A program made the position numbers and the translations under genes. Of a DNA stretch of 64,000 bases, positions 7,697-16,220 are shown one piece after another. The stretch comes from Candidatus Aenigmatarchaeota archaeon (GTDB lineage Archaea > Aenigmatarchaeota > Aenigmatarchaeia > CG10238-14 > SpSt-28), in contig JAWBMD010000003.1 in the NCBI GenBank assembly GCA_039000985.1, positions 5,979-69,978 on the forward strand. The letters are read 5' to 3'. Below the pieces are notes generated by a model, which searched no databases, was not told where the DNA came from, and worked only from the letters and a program-made list of their open reading frames with translations. The number at the start of each line of letters is the position of its first letter. Position 1 is the stretch's first letter.

Positions 7697-9868
7697 TTAA
7701 ATAGAAGGTTTAAAATTTTTGAGTAACAAGGAATTTCCAACTACTGAAATATCGCTTAACATCATAGCGATAGCAGAAATTGTAGGGGTAACTAAAATCC
7801 CAAAGAAAGGATACAAAAAACCAGCTGCTATAGGAATTGCGGAAACGTTATAAATAAATGCCCAAAAAAGATTTTGTTTAATTTTATTCACAGTCTTTTC
7901 GCTTAACTCTATCGCAGAAACAACATCTCTTAAATCATCTTTTATTAAAACAATATCTCCAGCAGATTTTGCTATGTCAGTACCAGAACCAATTGCTATT
8001 CCTATATCGCTTTGAGTTAAAGCTGGTGCATCGTTAATTCCGTCTCCAACCATTATAACAGTCTTTCCATTCTTCTGTAATCTTTTAATTTCTTTTACCT
8101 TGTCTTGCGGCAACACTTCCGCCAAAACTTTTTCTATTCCGAGCTCCTTAGCTATAGAATTTGCAACTTTTTTGTTGTCTCCAGTTAGCATAATTACTTC
8201 TAATCCACTTTCCTTAAGTTTTTGTATTGCTTCCTTAGAAAATTCTTTCAAAGTATCTGCTACTCCTATTACACCAACAGCTTTTTTGTTTAAAGAAACG
8301 ATTATGGTTGTAATTCCATTTTCTTGTAAAGATGAAATTTCTTCTTCAAATTCTTTTACGTTAATCTTATAATCGTTCATAAGAGTTAAATTTCCAACTA
8401 AAATTTCTCTATTTCTTTGTTTTGCTATAACCCCCTTTCCAGGTATAACTTCAAACCTTTCTGGATTAGAAACTTTAATTTTTTTCTTTTTAACTTCATC
8501 AATGATAGCTCGAGCTATGGGATGCTCAGAGTTTTTTTCTGCAATGGCAGCTAGCTCCAAAGCCTTTTCGTTAATTATTTTAACAACTTCTGGTTTACCT
8601 TTAGTTAAAGTTCCAGTCTTATCAAGAACGATTGTATCAGCTTTATGTATCACTTCTAATTTTCCCGCATCCCTTATTAGAATGCCAAGCTTGGCCCCGT
8701 TTCCCATCCCAACCATCAAGGCTGTGGGAGTTGCCAAGCCTAAAGCACAGGGGCAAGCTATAACTAAGACAGAAACAGCTGCAGTTAATGCAAAAAGAAA
8801 ACTTGAACCTAAGACAAAATACCAAGCTGAAAATGTGATAAAGGAAATTGAAATAACCACGGGAACAAAATAACCGGTAACTTTATCAGCGATTTTTTGA
8901 ATGGATGCTTTGGTAAGTAAAGCCTCATCAACGAGCTTAACTATTTGTGCTAGTAAAGTTTCTTTTCCAACTTTTTCCGCTTTTATTTTTAGTACACCAA
9001 ACTTGTTTATGGTACCAGCAATGACTTTATCCCCAGTTTTTTTATCAACAGGAATGCTTTCTCCAGTAATCATAGACTCATCAACACTAGAATAGCCTTC
9101 AATTACTTTCCCATCAACTGGCACACTTTCTCCAGGTTTTACAATTAAGATATCGCCAACTTTAACCTCTTCCAATGGGATTTTAACTTCTCTACCATTT
9201 TTAATCAAGGTAGCTATTCTTGGCTTGAGTGAAATCAACTTTTTTATTGCTTCCCCTGCTTTCTTTCTTGTTAGGCTTTCTAAGAAATGACCAAAGTAAA
9301 TAGTTGTTAGAACAGTAGTAGAAGCTTCGTAGAACACTTCTCCCTTAAACAAAAAGGTTGCAAACACGGAATAAAAATAAGAAACAGAAGTACTTAGTGC
9401 AACTAAAACATCCATGTTTGCGGTTTTGCCTTTTAAGGAAAACCAAGCACCTTTGTAAAATTTATAGCCAACTAAAACTTGAACAGGAGTAGCTAAAAGA
9501 AATAGAAGTAAGTTTTTTTCAGGCGAATAATAAAAGGTCGTAATAAAAAATACTGGTAATGTAAAAATCAATCCTATGAAGAAAACTATAAGTTGCTTCT
9601 TTATTTCGAATTTTTCTCTTCCTTCCTCCAAAATCTCTTCTTTTTCAGAAACGTATGCTTCATAGCATAGCTTTTTAACTATTTTTTTAATTTTTCCCTC
9701 GTCAATTTCATTAGGGTTGTACAATACAACAGCTTTCTTTGTCGCAAAACTTACAGAAGCCTTAGTTACACCTTTTAGTTTGGATAGTCCTTTCTCTATA
9801 GTAGTCGCACAGCTAGCACAGTGCATTCCTCCTATTTCCAAAACAATCTTTCTTTCATTTCCCTTCAC
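7697..9868 (-). CDS. copA: Copper-translocating P1B-type ATPase
   Basis: 723 aa. N-terminal HMA GMHCASC, transmembrane CPC, DKTGT phosphorylation site, GDGINDAP hinge. Confidence 0.95.
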   Translation of the reverse strand: MKGNERKIVLEIGGMHCASCATTIEKGLSKLKGVTKASVSFATKKAVVLYNPNEIDEGKIKKIVKKLCYEAYVSEKEEILEEGREKFEIKKQLIVFFIGLIFTLPVFFITTFYYSPEKNLLLFLLATPVQVLVGYKFYKGAWFSLKGKTANMDVLVALSTSVSYFYSVFATFLFKGEVFYEASTTVLTTIYFGHFLESLTRKKAGEAIKKLISLKPRIATLIKNGREVKIPLEEVKVGDILIVKPGESVPVDGKVIEGYSSVDESMITGESIPVDKKTGDKVIAGTINKFGVLKIKAEKVGKETLLAQIVKLVDEALLTKASIQKIADKVTGYFVPVVISISFITFSAWYFVLGSSFLFALTAAVSVLVIACPCALGLATPTALMVGMGNGAKLGILIRDAGKLEVIHKADTIVLDKTGTLTKGKPEVVKIINEKALELAAIAEKNSEHPIARAIIDEVKKKKIKVSNPERFEVIPGKGVIAKQRNREILVGNLTLMNDYKINVKEFEEEISSLQENGITTIIVSLNKKAVGVIGVADTLKEFSKEAIQKLKESGLEVIMLTGDNKKVANSIAKELGIEKVLAEVLPQDKVKEIKRLQKNGKTVIMVGDGINDAPALTQSDIGIAIGSGTDIAKSAGDIVLIKDDLRDVVSAIELSEKTVNKIKQNLFWAFIYNVSAIPIAAGFLYPFFGILVTPTISAIAMMLSDISVVGNSLLLKNFKPSI

Positions 9869-10248
9869 TTGAGTTTATTACTATTGCCACATGAACAACT
9901 GCTACCTGAACCTTTACTTTCAGGAGAGTTTTTTTGTTGATTTGTTACCTCATTGGAAGTTTCGTCTGTAATGGCAGCTTTATACGTATTGAACACGTCT
10001 AAGGAAAGTATCTGTTGTTTTGATGTTCTTGTTGGAATATAGCTAACATCAAATAAATTTGGGAACCTAAATTTTACACTAATAACACCATCAATTTTTT
10101 TGAGTTCTTCTGTTATTAATGGGGCATGACCTGGGCATGGGATATTAACCTGTAGTGTTATTGACGATTCAGCTCCAGCAAAAGATCCTGTTATCAACGA
10201 TCCAGAATTTAAGTTTGCTACAATCGGAAATATCAGCATGAATAACAA
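9865..10248 (-). CDS. Secreted or anchored HMA-like ferredoxin-fold protein with CPGH in place of CxxC and a C-terminal SCSCG tail
   Basis: Beta-alpha-beta-beta-alpha layout ITLQVNIPCPGHAPLITEELKKIDGVISVKF...; stop overlaps the copA start. Only a single in-frame TGA separates it from ORF 10270..10566. Confidence 0.5.
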   Translation of the reverse strand: MLFMLIFPIVANLNSGSLITGSFAGAESSITLQVNIPCPGHAPLITEELKKIDGVISVKFRFPNLFDVSYIPTRTSKQQILSLDVFNTYKAAITDETSNEVTNQQKNSPESKGSGSSCSCGNSNKLK

Positions 10249-10269
10249 TAAGTTTGTAAAAACTGTCGT

Positions 10270-10566
10270 TCAATATAATGTTGAAAGATATTTCCATTTC
10301 CTTTTAATACCTTCTAATGAAAAGCTTATTTCCGTTCCATTTGCCATTTTCTGGCAGACATATATGCCTTGCTTTTTAAGGTAAACAAACGCAGAAATTG
10401 TAGCAAAAACCAAAGATAGTGCTATGAGTATGTGAACGAAATAAGGATTTAACAAAAGTGGTCTGAAGAATGCTGTAGCTGCTGTTACACCTAAGATTGT
10501 GAATAGTATGAAAGCTATACATCCTATGTTATGTGTGGTAATATTCTGTATAACAGTCCAGACCAA
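10270..10566 (-). CDS. Small membrane protein (about 3 TM), function unknown
   Basis: 98-aa hydrophobic ORF with a TTG start in the track. The frame stays open upstream through a Lys/Arg-rich stretch. Confidence 0.5.
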   Translation of the reverse strand: MVWTVIQNITTHNIGCIAFILFTILGVTAATAFFRPLLLNPYFVHILIALSLVFATISAFVYLKKQGIYVCQKMANGTEISFSLEGIKRKWKYLSTLY

Positions 10567-10745
10567 ATGCCTTTCTTTTCTTCCTTTCTTGTTTTTACTT
10601 GTTTTTACAACAACTTTTCTTTTGATTGCTGGATTTTTCCATAATAAAATGTAGAAAGAAACAGCTTATAAAAGTAATGATGAAACTAGTTTCACTAGCG
10701 GGTTTCTGAATTACGAATCTCTTAAAAAATCTGTCAAAAATTTTG

Positions 10746-10947
10746 TTTTGTGTGCATTAATGGTAAACTTAATGATCTCTTGAGCAGTTTGGCAATTTAT
10801 CAGCTAGGCAAAAAATCGAGCAAACGGCAAACCGAAAAATGGGTCCTATTCTTGATTAAAGTATTAGATGGGAAAAAAGAGAAAAATTAAACCAGAATAG
10901 TTGACAAATCCTCGGTTTTTATCATTGTTATTTTGTGTGTATTAATG
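10746..10947 (+). repeat. Two copies of the 17-mer TTTTGTGTG(C/T)ATTAATG (10746-10762 and 10931-10947), 185 bp apart in a non-coding stretch
   Basis: 16 of 17 identical on direct reading. No intact ORF in 10570-11000. Confidence 0.6.
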
Positions 10948-10998
10948 AATTTTCAAAAAAGTTTTCAAAGAGGAAAAATGTCAACCACCAAATGTAAA

Positions 10999-11446
10999 TT
11001 AAGCAAGGTATTTTTCAATCTCTAGAGTTCCAACAATTTTGGCAATCTCAATCATAACTTCTTTTCTTAATCCTTTATCAATCTACTTTTGAGCAAGGAT
11101 CTTAAACTCACGATAATAATCTACAACCCACTTCCAAACGCTTGGATGAAATTTCTTTTTAACAAACATTAGTAACCAGCATTCTAGTCAGATAATGTTC
11201 CAAACTTTGCTAAAACATTTCTTACCTGCTTTTGTAAAGTATTAATTCGACTTGAGCTATAACTTGAATTCCAAAGCAACAAAATTCAACTTAGCTTTAT
11301 ACTCGGCAATAGCTTGGTTAGGCCATTCTGGTTCTTCTGGCATTCAACTCATTTTTTCAACCTCAGTATTACCACAAATGTTATATATTTCAGCTTCTTC
11401 GCTAAAAATTGCTTTACAGTTTAGACATTTCTTCATATGCTTAGTT
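10999..11446 (-). pseudogene. Decayed ORF(s): CxxC N-terminus followed by reading frames broken by TGA, TAG and TAA
   Basis: Minus-strand reading: MKKCLNCKAIFSEEAEIYNICGNTEVEKMS-TGA-MPEEPEWPNQAIAEYKAKLNFVALEFKL-TAG; later MFVKKKFHPSVWKWVVDYYREFKILAQK-TAG-IDKGLRKEVMIEIAKIVGTLEIEKYLA. Confidence 0.45.
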
Positions 11447-11471
11447 TTTAATGGCAAATAATTTAAAAATT

Positions 11472-11496
11472 TATTTCCCGTTAGAATTACCGTTAA
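11472..11496. repeat. Right copy of the 25-bp imperfect inverted repeat (reverse complement TTAACGGTAATTCTAACGGGAAATA)
   Basis: 20 of 25 match to 5863..5887 in inverted orientation. Lies about 30-50 nt upstream of the decayed ORF start at 11446. Confidence 0.6.
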
Positions 11497-11510
11497 TAAA
11501 TTAAAGCAAA

Positions 11511-11828
11511 TTAAGGTCTATGCTTTTTTTCGGTTATTTTACTCCATTCATTCCATGTTACAGGAGAACAAGTGAAATTGATTATTTTACCATCAGGACA
11601 AGCCTTCTTAGCTTCATTCAAGCAATTGTTTTTTGTTTCTTCAATTGTATTACCTCCAATAGCTGCATTGTTAACTACATCTCTTGTTGTTTTCCATTTC
11701 TTACCTTCGTATTCCCCACTTTCATAGCAACTTGCTAAGCAAGCGCAAACATACTTAGGAGGATTATAACCTACACATCCAGATAGAAAAATTATTGGTA
11801 TTATCAGTAAAGTTAAAATCTCTTTCAT
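11511..11828 (-). CDS. Cys-rich putative lipoprotein
   Basis: 105 aa. Signal peptide with lipobox-like LSGC; 7 further Cys in the mature part. Confidence 0.6.
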   Translation of the reverse strand: MKEILTLLIIPIIFLSGCVGYNPPKYVCACLASCYESGEYEGKKWKTTRDVVNNAAIGGNTIEETKNNCLNEAKKACPDGKIINFTCSPVTWNEWSKITEKKHRP

Positions 11829-11866
11829 AATTAATTTTTTTTGCTTGTATTTAAATATTATGTTAA

Positions 11867-11959
11867 AACATAATTATTCTAATTATTAGAAAATTGGCTA
11901 TAGATCAAGGTAGATCTGCTTCCGAGTTTTTAGAAGAGTTAATGAGGAAAATAGTTTAA
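11867..11959 (+). pseudogene. Ribbon-helix-helix (CopG-like) antitoxin remnant, C-terminal half only, no start codon
   Basis: Open frame reads NIIILIIRKLAIDQGRSASEFLEELMRKIV-stop. The helix-helix part is typical of RHH antitoxins and the N-terminal strand is missing. Confidence 0.45.
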
Positions 11960-12063
11960 TGATAATTTTAACGTAAGGAAAATCTTATGAATAACCTCTT
12001 ACAAAATACTTAACATAAGTTTTGAAATTCGTTCTGGAGAAGGTAAGGTAGCAGGAGGTTCAA

Positions 12064-12265
12064 GATGTTTTACTTGAATGTATTGAAGCATGTATCGATA
12101 TATCAAATCATATAAGGAGACCAACTAGTTGTAGTGATTAAAAATCTTTCTAAACGTTTACAAGAAATAGCAAAATTTAGAAATGTGGTTGTTCAATATG
12201 TCTTGGTAAATAAAGTTAAGCTCTTTAAAATAGTTAAGGAAAGTACAAAAGATATAAAATATTAA
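12064..12265 (+). pseudogene. HepT/DUF86 (HEPN) toxin remnant, frameshifted, HEPN His lost
   Basis: Frame 1 reads DVLLECIEACIDISNHIRRPTSCSD-stop. Another frame reads LSKRLQEIAKFRNVVVQYVLVNKVKLFKIVKESTKDIKY-stop. The Rx4H motif reads RNVVVQ. Confidence 0.5.
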
Positions 12266-12327
12266 AGCTTTTTTGTTTGAATTATACTAATATTTGAGCA
12301 AGCAAGTAAGAAGCTTTAGATAAAATT

Positions 12328-14349
12328 TTAGAGTGTCTTTTCAATAGCTTCCTTTATAATTTCATAAGCTTTTTTAGCTTCTTCTACGGCAACTTCACTT
12401 TCAAGTGTTGATACATCTCCCAATGGTTTTCCTTCTGCAACAGCTCTTAACAATCTACGCATTATTTTTCCACTTCTAGTTTTTGGTAATACATTAACAA
12501 AAGTTATTATTGCATCACTTGCAACTATAGGACCAATTGTTGTTCTAAGATGTTTTTTTAGTTCTTCTCTAAGATTTTCACTAGCTGAATAACCTTCTTT
12601 TAATGTAACATAAATTAATGGAATTTCTCCTTTTATTGGGTCGTTTTTACCAACGCAAGCAGATTCAGCAACAGCAGGATGTTTATTCATAGCCGATTCT
12701 ACTTCTGCTGTTCCTATTCTATGTCCAGCAACTTTAAGAACATCATCTGCTCTACCAATAACCCAAATCCAGTTATCATTATCAATAGTTGCAAAATCAC
12801 CAGTATAAAACCACCAACCTTTATGTTTATATTTTTCAAAGTATGTACTCAAAAATCTGTTTGGATCTTTCCATAATGTCATGAGTATTCCTGGCCATGG
12901 AGATGTAATAATAAGATATCCTTTTTGTCCAGTCATTACAGGATTTCCTTCTTCATCAACAACACTAAAAGTTATACCAGGAAAAATTGGACCATTTGTA
13001 CCTGGCTTGAGAGGTAGAATTTTACCTCTACCTGGGCAGTGACCAGTTAATATACCACCAGTTTCTGTCATCCACCATGTGCTAGAGCTACATGTCTTTT
13101 CTCTTCCAAAAACTTTGAAATACCATTTCCAAGCTTCTGGATTTATAGGTTCTCCAACACTATGAGCTATTCTAAGTGTAGATGTATCATGTTTTAAATA
13201 TATTTCCTCAGGAAATCTCATTAACATTCTTATAGCAGTTGGGGCTGTGTAAAATATTGTTACTCCATATCTTTCTATAATTGCAGCCCATCTATCAATG
13301 CTTGGATAATCTGGAGCACCTTCATAAATTATTATAGTAGCTCCATGCATGAGTGGACCATAAACTATGTGACTATGTCCTGTAATCCATCCTATATCTG
13401 CTGTGGACCAGTAAATATCTGAATCATTTATATCAAAAATCATTTTAGTTGTTGCAAAAAGATAAACAGCATAACCTCCAACACTATGTTGAGTTCCTTT
13501 TGGTTTTCCAGTTGTTCCAGAAGTATAAAGAATAAAGCTATAATCATCGCTTCCCATTGGTTCACATGGTACAAAAGTATTCATTGGAATATTTGCAATT
13601 AATTCATGATACCATAAATCTCTTTCTTTATTCCAAGGAACTTCTATTCCAAGTCTTTTAATAACTATAACCTTTTCAATTTTATGTCCTTGAGCTTCAC
13701 ATATTTTTACTGCTTCATCAACAGTTGCTTTTAAATTAATTTGCTTTCCTCTTCTCCACATTCCATCAGTTGCTACTATTATTTTTGCTCCCGCATCAAT
13801 TATTCTCGTAGCAAGAGCTTCTGCACTAAAGCCACTAAAAACAATACTATGTGCAACACCAATCCTTTGAACAGCAAGCATGAACAAGATTAATTCTGGA
13901 ATCATTGGAAGATAAAATGTTATGATTTCTCCCTTTTTAATACCAAATTTTTCTTTAAGAGTAAAAGCAATTCTATTTGTTTCCCTCCAAATGTCATAAT
14001 ATGTTAACTTTCTAACTTCTTTTGGTTCTCCTTTTTCATCAACAGGTTCTCCTTCCCATATTATTGCAACTTTGTTCTTTCTACCCTTTTCTATTTGCCA
14101 ATCTGTACAAAGATAAGCTAGATTTGTTTCACCACCAACAAACCATCTAAAAAAAGGTGGATTCGTATCATCTAAAACCTTATTCCACTTTTTAAACCAA
14201 TGAATTTGATTTGCCCAATATTCCCACCATTTTTCCATAGATTCTTTATCTTTTATAGTTGAGAAATAAAATTTTTTCCATTCATCTAAGCTTTCAATTT
14301 TATTTTCCCAACCTTTTGGAATCATATATGTTTTGAATTCATCTATCAT
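12328..14349 (-). CDS. acs: Acetyl-CoA synthetase (AMP-forming)
   Basis: 673 aa. AMP-binding motif YTSGTTGKPKG and C-terminal TRSGKIMRR typical of Acs. Confidence 0.93.
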   Translation of the reverse strand: MIDEFKTYMIPKGWENKIESLDEWKKFYFSTIKDKESMEKWWEYWANQIHWFKKWNKVLDDTNPPFFRWFVGGETNLAYLCTDWQIEKGRKNKVAIIWEGEPVDEKGEPKEVRKLTYYDIWRETNRIAFTLKEKFGIKKGEIITFYLPMIPELILFMLAVQRIGVAHSIVFSGFSAEALATRIIDAGAKIIVATDGMWRRGKQINLKATVDEAVKICEAQGHKIEKVIVIKRLGIEVPWNKERDLWYHELIANIPMNTFVPCEPMGSDDYSFILYTSGTTGKPKGTQHSVGGYAVYLFATTKMIFDINDSDIYWSTADIGWITGHSHIVYGPLMHGATIIIYEGAPDYPSIDRWAAIIERYGVTIFYTAPTAIRMLMRFPEEIYLKHDTSTLRIAHSVGEPINPEAWKWYFKVFGREKTCSSSTWWMTETGGILTGHCPGRGKILPLKPGTNGPIFPGITFSVVDEEGNPVMTGQKGYLIITSPWPGILMTLWKDPNRFLSTYFEKYKHKGWWFYTGDFATIDNDNWIWVIGRADDVLKVAGHRIGTAEVESAMNKHPAVAESACVGKNDPIKGEIPLIYVTLKEGYSASENLREELKKHLRTTIGPIVASDAIITFVNVLPKTRSGKIMRRLLRAVAEGKPLGDVSTLESEVAVEEAKKAYEIIKEAIEKTL

Positions 14350-14385
14350 CTGAATTAATATATTGTTTTGCTTAATTTATTTCAT

Positions 14386-15060
14386 ATGAAAAATATAATT
14401 GAGCTTGAAAATGTTACTAAAATATATCAACTTGGATTAACACAAGTTGTTGCACTCAATAAAATAAATTTAAAAATAAAAAGGAATGAGCTTGTTTCAA
14501 TAATGGGTCCTTCTGGCTCTGGTAAGTCAACTCTTTTACATTTAATTGGTGCTTTAGATAAACCAACTTATGGTAAAGTGTATATAGATGGAATAGATTT
14601 ATCTAATCTAACAGATGATGAAATGTCAAAAATAAGATTAGAAAAAATTGGCTTCGTTTTTCAATTTTTTAATCTTTACCCAACACTTACAGCATTAGAA
14701 AATATAGAGTTACCAATGATTATAGGGGAAAGAAATAAAAAAGAAAGAAGAAAAAGAGCTATTGAGTTACTTGAATCTGTTGGATTAAAAAATAAAGCGA
14801 ATCATTATCCATCTCAATTATCCGGTGGTGAAAGACAAAGAGTTGCAATAGCTAGAGCTTTAGCAAATGATCCACCTATAATTCTTGCGGATGAACCAAC
14901 AGGAAACTTAGATTCTAAAAGTGGTGAAGAAATAATAAAACTGTTAAGTAATTTACATGAAAACAATGAAAAAACAATTGTTTTAGTTACACATAACAAA
15001 AATATTGCTAAATATTCAGAACGTATAATTTATTTAAAAGATGGTAAAATAGAGGTATGA
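14386..15060 (+). CDS. ABC transporter ATP-binding protein (MacB/LolD-type)
   Basis: Walker [10 protein letters not shown], signature LSGGERQR, Walker B ILADEPT. ATG at 14386 preferred over the TTG at 14368. Confidence 0.92.
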   Translation: MKNIIELENVTKIYQLGLTQVVALNKINLKIKRNELVSIMGPSGSGKSTLLHLIGALDKPTYGKVYIDGIDLSNLTDDEMSKIRLEKIGFVFQFFNLYPTLTALENIELPMIIGERNKKERRKRAIELLESVGLKNKANHYPSQLSGGERQRVAIARALANDPPIILADEPTGNLDSKSGEEIIKLLSNLHENNEKTIVLVTHNKNIAKYSERIIYLKDGKIEV

Positions 15061-16220
15061 AAAAATTATATTTGTTGTTTATATTGTTAGTAATTTCACA
15101 ATCAATAGCTATTATTTCAGCAAGCAAATCTTTTGAAATTATATCAAAAGTAAATCCATCAATAATTTTTCCTGGTAATGAAGGTTATATCGAGTTTACA
15201 TTATTAAATACAGGTACAGAATCTATAAATAATATTGAAATAAAATCTTGGAAAGTAGATCCAGCTATATCTATTAAAACTCCTATTATGAAAGACCTAG
15301 GAAGCTTAGAAGCTGGAAGAAGTAAATCTTTTTTGGTTAAATTTTCAGTTTCACCAACCGCATCTTCTGGCTTTTATACTTCATCATTTACAATAGATGC
15401 TTGCTACGAAAATTTATGTAAATCATATGTAGTACATGTATTAATAACAGTTCAATCACCCTCAACCATAGAAATATTATCAGTAGAGCCAAATTCAATA
15501 AAAATTGGTGAGGAAGCAACATTTAATATTTCCATAATTAATGTTGCGGATAGTTCTCTAAACAATTTGCTTGTATCATGGCAATCTTTGAATAACCTAA
15601 TAGTACCAATAGGTTCTGATAATAATGTATTTATACAAAAAATTGAGCCATATGAAACTAAAAAACTTTCATGGAAAATTATGGCACATTCTACAGCTGC
15701 TCCAGGAATTGTTCCAATAACAATAAAAATAACTTATGTTGATCAAATAGGAAATCAAAAAGAAATTGTTAGCAATTCAGGAATAATTATTGAAGGTAGC
15801 ACAGATTTTGATATTAATATTGAAAGCATAACAGAAAATTCTGTAACACTAACTTTATCAAACATAGGACCAAATCATGCATACTCTGTAATACTTACTA
15901 TTGATAATATAACAAAAGTTATTGGTAACATTAATTCTGGAGATTATACAGCAATTGATTTAAAACCAAGAGAAATAGGTAAAAGTGCTTTAATTAAAAT
16001 TTCCTATACAGATGCTCTTGGAGTAAGAAGAACAATAGAAAAACCAATAACATTAAAACTGCCAATTGAAAAAACTATTATTGAAAAATATCCTTCACAA
16101 AAATTTAGAGAAAGAGGAAGTAATGTAACAATGAATTATATTTTAATTGGAATTCTCGGAATTGTTATATTGGTGCTAATTTTCAAGTTTGTTGTTTTTA
16201 GAAAAAAATCATCTAGATGA
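15057..16220 (+). CDS. Secreted beta-rich (CARDB/COG1361 S-layer-like) protein with C-terminal TM anchor
   Basis: Signal peptide, repeated beta-strand modules, C-terminal TM plus a basic tail. ATGA overlaps with both flanking ABC genes. Confidence 0.65.
   Translation: MKKLYLLFILLVISQSIAIISASKSFEIISKVNPSIIFPGNEGYIEFTLLNTGTESINNIEIKSWKVDPAISIKTPIMKDLGSLEAGRSKSFLVKFSVSPTASSGFYTSSFTIDACYENLCKSYVVHVLITVQSPSTIEILSVEPNSIKIGEEATFNISIINVADSSLNNLLVSWQSLNNLIVPIGSDNNVFIQKIEPYETKKLSWKIMAHSTAAPGIVPITIKITYVDQIGNQKEIVSNSGIIIEGSTDFDINIESITENSVTLTLSNIGPNHAYSVILTIDNITKVIGNINSGDYTAIDLKPREIGKSALIKISYTDALGVRRTIEKPITLKLPIEKTIIEKYPSQKFRERGSNVTMNYILIGILGIVILVLIFKFVVFRKKSSR

Noticed and set aside
11252-11461. 69-aa plus-strand ORF
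   Set aside because: It is antisense to the decayed zinc-ribbon-like ORF and has no motifs or sensible start context.
5790-12330. Integrase gene and duplicated tRNA-Lys 3' end (att sites) for the accessory stretch
   Set aside because: No copy of the GGTCGCGGGTTCAAATCCCGCCGGGCCC segment occurs near the far boundary. The only similar strings belong to other tRNA genes. No integrase-like ORF is present.
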